Virus record (IMG/VR): IMGVR_UViG_2713896750_000003
Location: 1-64,000 of that record
DNA length: 64,000 nucleotides
Strand: one strand, 5' to 3'
Source: a virus
Lineage: Duplodnaviria > Caudoviricetes
Shown here: piece after piece, positions 58,233 through 64,000 of the stretch
Position numbering within the stretch: the stretch's first letter is position 1
How the letters are laid out: each line of letters starts with the position of its first letter
The notes under the pieces: generated by a model
Databases searched by the model: none
What the model was told of the DNA's origin: nothing
Seen by the model: only the letters and a program-made list of their open reading frames with translations
Made by a program: the position numbers and the translations under genes

Positions 58233-58646
58233 CTAATCAGAAAACCTTGTTCTGATCTCGTCTCGTTTGGCTCTAATCAGCGACTCTTCCGGAAGGAGCT
58301 TTTCCAACTCTAAAAGAAGCTCGTGGTTTGTTTTCATTAACTCCCAATCCAAATCACTGTAAATCAGGCTGTTATAGTTGACATGTATCACCGGCTTGAT
58401 CTCTGCCAACTGATTCACCCAATCCGGGGCCTCAACTTCATCTTTATGAACATAAAGGAATTGAACCTCTATATCGCTAACACTATTGCAGAGGCCCTCA
58501 GGGTCAGCGACTACGCCAATATCCTGAACAATATTGCCATCAGTCTGCGCCAGAGACGCCACTGTGGACGCCCCTGATTTTCTCTTGGATGAGATAACGT
58601 ATACTAATCCGCTTGGGAATGGGTTATTAAATATCAATGCGCTCAT
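58233..58646 (-). CDS. Hypothetical protein
   Basis: TAATG overlap with the tail tip gene. Confidence 0.55.
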   Translation of the reverse strand: MSALIFNNPFPSGLVYVISSKRKSGASTVASLAQTDGNIVQDIGVVADPEGLCNSVSDIEVQFLYVHKDEVEAPDWVNQLAEIKPVIHVNYNSLIYSDLDWELMKTNHELLLELEKLLPEESLIRAKRDEIRTRFSD

Positions 58647-61600
58647 TAGTTCGGACCTCCGTTAGTCGGTGTGGTTGCGTTGTTTGCTGTGTCGCTAACC
58701 GAGCCGCCCACCTCAACATTGTCAATAAAATATCGAACACGGAACTCAGACTTATTGCCTCTGAAGTCCACTGTACTTCCGTCCAAATCGAACCAGTGTC
58801 TAACCTCAACTGTCGCGTAGCCGGCACTTCCGTACAGTTCGGCAGCGGAGCTTCTTTTTGACACGGTCATGCTGACGTTGAATTTGATCCCACCTACTGT
58901 TGCCGACTGACCATCGTACAGTCTTGGCGATGTTACTGTGGTATCAGTGCCCGCGTGAGAAATAATCACTTTACACACGGCTCCATTATCCTTAACTGGA
59001 GGATAAGGTGGAGTGGTACCAGCAGAGTACGTTGTGTTCGTCTTTTCGTAGGTTAACTTTTTGTTTGATACACATTCAGGCTGAATGTACCGACGAGAGT
59101 AACGAACATATTCGCCTTTATTGGAATAGTCATATGAGGCAATGTTCAGAGTCGCCCACTGTCCCGCTTGAGCCGAATCACTGTCAGATACGCCAATATT
59201 GAAAGCCATGTAAGGGGTAATCCCCTGATTTTCCAATGTCTCCACAGACATAGTTCCATACTGCTCTTGGTTTCTCCATGTAAGAACTAGCATTTGAACA
59301 TCGGCAGCAATGTATGACGCCTGAATTGCAGAGCCGGTTATGACAGACCCTCGAATGTTCGTCCCTTCCACCTCGCCAGCCTCAAACTTGGCACTTTTTA
59401 CTATCCCGCCCTCGATGGTAGAGCCATAAATGTCCAAAGCATCAAGTCGAGTGACACTGATGTAGTTAGCCATTAAGTTTTCAATATAGGCATCATCAAT
59501 GAAGGCGCTGTTGATGTAAGACACCCCATCAACAACCGAGAACATCGACTTGACGATATCCGTTTTCCCGTCTGTATGCTTGTTCGTTACGGCAAACGTA
59601 TCAGCATTGACAAGAAACTGGGTTTTGGAGCCGTTATTGTAGAAGCCAACCCCTCCCTGCAAGCCGTTAACGGAAGTCTTAATGCCCCACTGAGCACTAT
59701 AAACCCCCTCAGCATTAACCGCGGTCTGCATTGCTTCTTGAATAGAGGCGTAGCTTGAGCCGGCGCTTGCATTTAACTTATTAACGATATTAGCGACCGA
59801 GCTATTCGTGTTCGCAATTGCGTTTTTGTTTGTCGTGATTTGAGATTGCAGGCTGCTCTTAGCGCTGTTTATAGACGCTGTTAACGTGTCCTCTAAGCTA
59901 GCAATTGAACTGTTAGCAGATGAAATTGCGGACGCGTTAGAGTTGATTTGAGACTGCAATAGCGACTTTGCCTCATCCAGATCGTCTGAAATCGTCTGGT
60001 CTGCCGCACTAAACTCCGATCTCAACTCCGTTTTAGCAGATGCAATCGCACTGTTTGCATTGGTGATTGCCGTTTCATTGCTGTCAATTTGAGCCTGAAG
60101 ACTGTTCTTGGTCGTTTCCAGCTCAGACAGCAATGATGTCTCCAAACTAGCCATCGAAGCATTAGTATTTGAAATTGCGGTCTTATTCGTGTTGATCTGA
60201 GACTGAAGTGCCGAGTCTGCGGAGTTCATTGCGGCATTTAACGTCGTCTCAAGCTCGGACAATGCAGTATTGGTGTTAGTAAGAGATGTTTTGTTCTCAC
60301 TAACCTGCGCCTGAATAGTTGAATCCGCCATTTGCATCTCAGAACGAAGTCTCCCCTCCACCTCTGAAATAGAGTTATTTGCGTCAACGATGGCGGTTTT
60401 GTTCGTGTCAATCAGAGCCTGCAAATCGCCAGCAGTGCTTTCCATCTCGGCTCTCAAAGTAGTCTCAAGTGCCGCGACTGTTCCGTTAGTGTTGGCAATA
60501 GCCGTCTTGTTCGTATCAATCTGAGACTGTAGCGAGGCCTCGGCGGACTCAATTGCTGAACTCAGTGTCTCCTCAAGATTTGCAACGGTAGAGTCCGTGT
60601 TAGCTATAGCGGTTTTATTCTCATTAATTAACGCAGCTAGCTCACCCTCGGCAGTATCAATGGCGGCTCTCAATGTAGTATCAAGAGTTGAGATAGCACT
60701 GTTAGCATTCGCTACAGCTTGGCTGTTGGTGTTCACCTTTGCCAATAAGCTACTGTCGCCGCTTTCGATCATTGCTCTTAACGTTGTATCAAGAGTTGCC
60801 AAAGACTCATCAGTTGATGCTATTGCGCTCTTATTTGTTTCTATCTGAGCCTGCAAATCAGACTTGGCCGTTTGAATAGAGGCTGTCAGAGTCTGCTCAA
60901 TTTCAGCTATCGATTGATTGGCATCGGTAATCTCTCTTCGCGCTTCTTCAATTCGAGCATACGTTCCTCTTGGGCCAAATGTCTCCTTACGAGTCACGTC
61001 TCTCTCAATGATGGTATCAAGCAAAGCTGCAAGGCCCGCCTCCGCCATCGCTTCCTCAGCCTCAATTCGCTCAAGATTGATGTCCGCTACAGCTTCGTTA
61101 ACAACGGCCCCAGCCGCGCCCGTCGCTATCTCAACAATAGGCTGCTCATCATGAAGAATTAAGTCCCACTCGTAATCTTGATAGTTAGTGCTAGGTTTAG
61201 GATCGATCTTATTGTAAGCGTGACCAATGAATCTTGAGCTATCTAGCTTGCTTAACGAAAAACCAGAGCCATCAGGCTTGTCCGCATAGGCTACCCAAGT
61301 GTACTGATAACTGTCATTTGAGCTGGCTGCTGGTACGCTCCACTCTGCGTCCTGATACATCTCCATGTTGCAGAAGGTTCTAACCGAACTCCACAACTTG
61401 ATATTTTCTGGCGCGTCAGAGGCAAGGTTTTCTGGCGCTTTCGTCCACTCACTTTGCTCTGGGATCGGATTGTCGTATGAGCCGCCCGTTGGTCTCGACG
61501 GAGCTTCAATGCTCCACTGGTACACTGTAACTGTATTAAATGCCCGAGACGTCGTTGGGGCGCTTGAGCCGCCATAGACAAATGACGAAGGCTTACCTGA

Positions 61601-64000
61601 CTTGTCTAACGTTCTTAGCCAGTAAAAATGAGGCTTGGCAATAGTCGAGTCTGTTTCGGTAATGTGCTCAAAATGATGAGTCAGCGTCGTGCTAACCAAG
61701 CTTGCATGCTTAATGATCTGCTCGCCATTCCAAGACTCAGGATTACCCATTTCAACAGGAGAGCCATTCACAATCGTACCCGCCTCTATCGCGTAAATCT
61801 CGGTTGCGAACAAGTTGGAAGACATAACATTCCAAGACAACTTAGCCCCGCCCAGAATAGACTCAAGCGTCACATCCGACACCGTGAATGGGTTGCCGTC
61901 CATTCCTTTTGGAACATGTTGTACAGTCGTAGATAGACCTGGTTTATCCGCTACATCCCGTGGGACGATAATAAACTCTATAGCTCTGTCTCGCTCACAA
62001 ACCAACTCTGCGGAAGAATGAAACTCGCCAAGGTACTTGACGCCTTCACCGCTAACCTTTGCACTGACACTTGATGTTCTATAACGGTGATCTGCGTGCG
62101 ACCAAGCAATAACCACTTTGATTTTTTGAGACGAGGTGCCAAACACGTCCGATTCCGCGATCTCAATGTCGGATACTGGCCCAAGTGGTCTATCGACAGG
62201 GACATCCGAAATCACAAAATCCATAGTGTCGTCGCGAAGAGCCCGCGGATCGTACTCAAGAGCCGTGATTGTTCGAGTTAATGTGTCTCCGGTCAGCCCT
62301 ATGCTGCGAATAGTAAATAATCGACTTTCGTAATTAACATGACCAACAACAAAGCCCTGAAGCGCTTCAGGTTTAGCCCCACTCAAATTGAAGGTAACCA
62401 AATTTGTAGGAGAGTCGTACTGCTCTGGAATAATATCAATATTGGAAATGACATCGAGATCGTGAAGAGACACAGTATCTCCAACCACAATCGAGGAAGA
62501 ATCATTTACAACAATGCCGCACTCCCCATTCGACGACTTGAATGTGTCTAGAACTGCCAAGTCGACATCTCGAACCAATGCTCGCTTGATTCTATCGGAC
62601 GTGTCAGGGTCGAACCCTCTCAATGTTAAGTAGTCGCCGTAAATGTTATCAACGACAAAGCTGCCCCTTTCCAGCTGACTTAGAGACAGTACCATTTTCC
62701 ACTCCTGATCGGAGTTAAAGACAATATCTTGGTCTAGCCTTGCTCTGTACTCGTTATCTCCAAGATCGGTAACGGCTTCTAGTTTACCCGCAGCTCCCCA
62801 CTCCATCATGTCATGCTGCACCGTCACAACGTCACCGATAGTACAAGCTAGTGCCTCGATCGGAGCCTCAAACGACACAGTCTGGACCAACTTGTTCATG
62901 TTAAGAGCATAAATGCCTTCACGAGTTGCTTGATCTAGAGTGACAACGCCGCGCATCGTTGTTGAAGTTGTATTTGGCTTAGCTCCTGCTTGAATCGCGT
63001 CAGAGTCACTAATCTTTATGGTTCGTTGCGCATAGTTGTTCTCTTCATCGTAGAAGGTCAACTCAATCTCGTTAGCTCTGTCATCAATAGGCAGCCAATC
63101 TGTAGAGAAAGTATCTTTGATGATATTGTCTTGCCCAAATCGCATGACTGGGGTTTTCTCTTTCTCAATCGACACTGAGTATCTGGTGCCCATTCTAAGA
63201 GGGGTCGCTCTACCGACACGGAAAATTTGCGACACGCAATCCCATACGTTCGCCTTGGATGAGATGACGCCACGGTAATATAGCTTTTTCTCTTCACAGA
63301 ACTTGGCCCATGCCTTGAACGCATAGAAGTCTAGGCGTGATGGGTGAATGCCCGCACCATAACGTCTAGATGTCATAATGTCCCAGACAATCCATGCCGG
63401 GTTCGCATGCTGATAGAATCCGCCTTCATAGATCTCTGGCGTCTCAACCGCAAGCGTATGCGCAGGCTTATCAAATGCGACCGCACAAGGTACAGAGTTG
63501 CCGCTAACCTGTTTTAGAGACTGTTTCTTTTCATCATCAGTAAAAGGGCGAATCTGGCCGTATTTCTCCACCTCGCGAACCGTGATATCAAAGCCGCTCT
63601 CAATCTCGTCTTTGTTGGCGCTAGGAACCCAAGCCTTGGCCTTTTCATCCCAAACTCTAATTACCTGCCCATAATGCTCAAATGTTACCTTTGGTATGTT
63701 GGAGATCTGATCGGTAACTTTGATTTTTAGAGCAAGTAGCGCAGTGTAGTTGTAGGCGATACTGACATTCTGGATCTCATTAATTTCGTTCCAAATGATT
63801 TCATCCTGAATAGTGCTTTTGTCAGACTTCGCAGTTAATCGCCGCGCCCTGATTTCATATCGACCTTGTGGTAGCTTGTAAGACTCAAACGTAAATCGAG
63901 TGTTAGCAGAGGTAGACTCGCCGCTAAGGGTAATTTTCTGACCAGACTTAGACCCTCCCTCTAGGCCAGAGTCGTTATACCCATTCACGATTTTGTTTGA
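58646..64000 (-). CDS. Tail tip / host specificity protein J-like, 5' end outside the window
   Basis: YEIRARR, NPAWIVWD, NEIELTFYD, FN3-like region, coiled-coil repeats, DUF1983-like YSAQWGIKT...FLVNADTF; frame is open to the window edge. Confidence 0.9.
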   Translation of the reverse strand, partial: SNKIVNGYNDSGLEGGSKSGQKITLSGESTSANTRFTFESYKLPQGRYEIRARRLTAKSDKSTIQDEIIWNEINEIQNVSIAYNYTALLALKIKVTDQISNIPKVTFEHYGQVIRVWDEKAKAWVPSANKDEIESGFDITVREVEKYGQIRPFTDDEKKQSLKQVSGNSVPCAVAFDKPAHTLAVETPEIYEGGFYQHANPAWIVWDIMTSRRYGAGIHPSRLDFYAFKAWAKFCEEKKLYYRGVISSKANVWDCVSQIFRVGRATPLRMGTRYSVSIEKEKTPVMRFGQDNIIKDTFSTDWLPIDDRANEIELTFYDEENNYAQRTIKISDSDAIQAGAKPNTTSTTMRGVVTLDQATREGIYALNMNKLVQTVSFEAPIEALACTIGDVVTVQHDMMEWGAAGKLEAVTDLGDNEYRARLDQDIVFNSDQEWKMVLSLSQLERGSFVVDNIYGDYLTLRGFDPDTSDRIKRALVRDVDLAVLDTFKSSNGECGIVVNDSSSIVVGDTVSLHDLDVISNIDIIPEQYDSPTNLVTFNLSGAKPEALQGFVVGHVNYESRLFTIRSIGLTGDTLTRTITALEYDPRALRDDTMDFVISDVPVDRPLGPVSDIEIAESDVFGTSSQKIKVVIAWSHADHRYRTSSVSAKVSGEGVKYLGEFHSSAELVCERDRAIEFIIVPRDVADKPGLSTTVQHVPKGMDGNPFTVSDVTLESILGGAKLSWNVMSSNLFATEIYAIEAGTIVNGSPVEMGNPESWNGEQIIKHASLVSTTLTHHFEHITETDSTIAKPHFYWLRTLDKSGKPSSFVYGGSSAPTTSRAFNTVTVYQWSIEAPSRPTGGSYDNPIPEQSEWTKAPENLASDAPENIKLWSSVRTFCNMEMYQDAEWSVPAASSNDSYQYTWVAYADKPDGSGFSLSKLDSSRFIGHAYNKIDPKPSTNYQDYEWDLILHDEQPIVEIATGAAGAVVNEAVADINLERIEAEEAMAEAGLAALLDTIIERDVTRKETFGPRGTYARIEEARREITDANQSIAEIEQTLTASIQTAKSDLQAQIETNKSAIASTDESLATLDTTLRAMIESGDSSLLAKVNTNSQAVANANSAISTLDTTLRAAIDTAEGELAALINENKTAIANTDSTVANLEETLSSAIESAEASLQSQIDTNKTAIANTNGTVAALETTLRAEMESTAGDLQALIDTNKTAIVDANNSISEVEGRLRSEMQMADSTIQAQVSENKTSLTNTNTALSELETTLNAAMNSADSALQSQINTNKTAISNTNASMASLETSLLSELETTKNSLQAQIDSNETAITNANSAIASAKTELRSEFSAADQTISDDLDEAKSLLQSQINSNASAISSANSSIASLEDTLTASINSAKSSLQSQITTNKNAIANTNSSVANIVNKLNASAGSSYASIQEAMQTAVNAEGVYSAQWGIKTSVNGLQGGVGFYNNGSKTQFLVNADTFAVTNKHTDGKTDIVKSMFSVVDGVSYINSAFIDDAYIENLMANYISVTRLDALDIYGSTIEGGIVKSAKFEAGEVEGTNIRGSVITGSAIQASYIAADVQMLVLTWRNQEQYGTMSVETLENQGITPYMAFNIGVSDSDSAQAGQWATLNIASYDYSNKGEYVRYSRRYIQPECVSNKKLTYEKTNTTYSAGTTPPYPPVKDNGAVCKVIISHAGTDTTVTSPRLYDGQSATVGGIKFNVSMTVSKRSSAAELYGSAGYATVEVRHWFDLDGSTVDFRGNKSEFRVRYFIDNVEVGGSVSDTANNATTPTNGGPN
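59775..60856 (-). repeat. About 10 copies of a 36-aa coiled-coil repeat in the J-like protein
   Basis: LQ.QI.TNKTAI.NTN...A.LE.TL...... recurring every 36 residues. Confidence 0.8.

Noticed and set aside
58233-58646. Sulfotransferase or P-loop enzyme belonging to the modification cassette
   Set aside because: SSKRKSGAS only loosely resembles such loops, the protein is short, and it lies upstream of the fibre operator
662-63324. Numerous short plus-strand and nested ORFs in the track
   Set aside because: They are antisense or out-of-frame shadows of well-supported genes, with no motifs

Overview
64 kb segment of a temperate phage-plasmid, most similar in gene content to the SSU5/pHCM2 type. 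The host is probably a gammaproteobacterium, possibly Vibrionaceae; this is inference only. Almost all genes are on the minus strand, and a Fic gene is the only convincing plus-strand CDS. From left to right the window holds: an iteron cluster (origin; rep gene not in window); nucleotide metabolism genes (DnaQ-like exonuclease, kinase, MazG-like pyrophosphatase, DHFR, ThyA, class III RNR nrdDG); RuvC, SbcC carrying a mini-intein, and SbcD; a HigBA-type toxin-antitoxin pair; Fic; RecA, adenine methyltransferase, 5'-3' exonuclease, gp32-like SSB and UvsY-like protein; a DnaE split into two genes by a free-standing NUMOD4-HNH endonuclease; a CobS/CobT-like pair; a candidate repressor; ParA with a small partner; ligase, primase, DnaB helicase and an Hfq-like protein; then tail genes. 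The most interesting items are: (1) a translationally coupled cassette of tail fibre, adhesin, GT4 glycosyltransferase, two twitch radical SAM enzymes and GT8 glycosyltransferase, a candidate virion-glycosylation or receptor-modification system; (2) the HNH-split DnaE whose break ends look like non-splicing intein remnants; (3) about 18 copies of a palindromic operator TTAAGTRNTTACTTAA marking a regulon; (4) Hfq-like and RMF-like genes inside the replication operon; (5) a C-terminal SWG[ML]F tag shared by three unrelated proteins. All calls come from motif recognition by eye; no searches were run.
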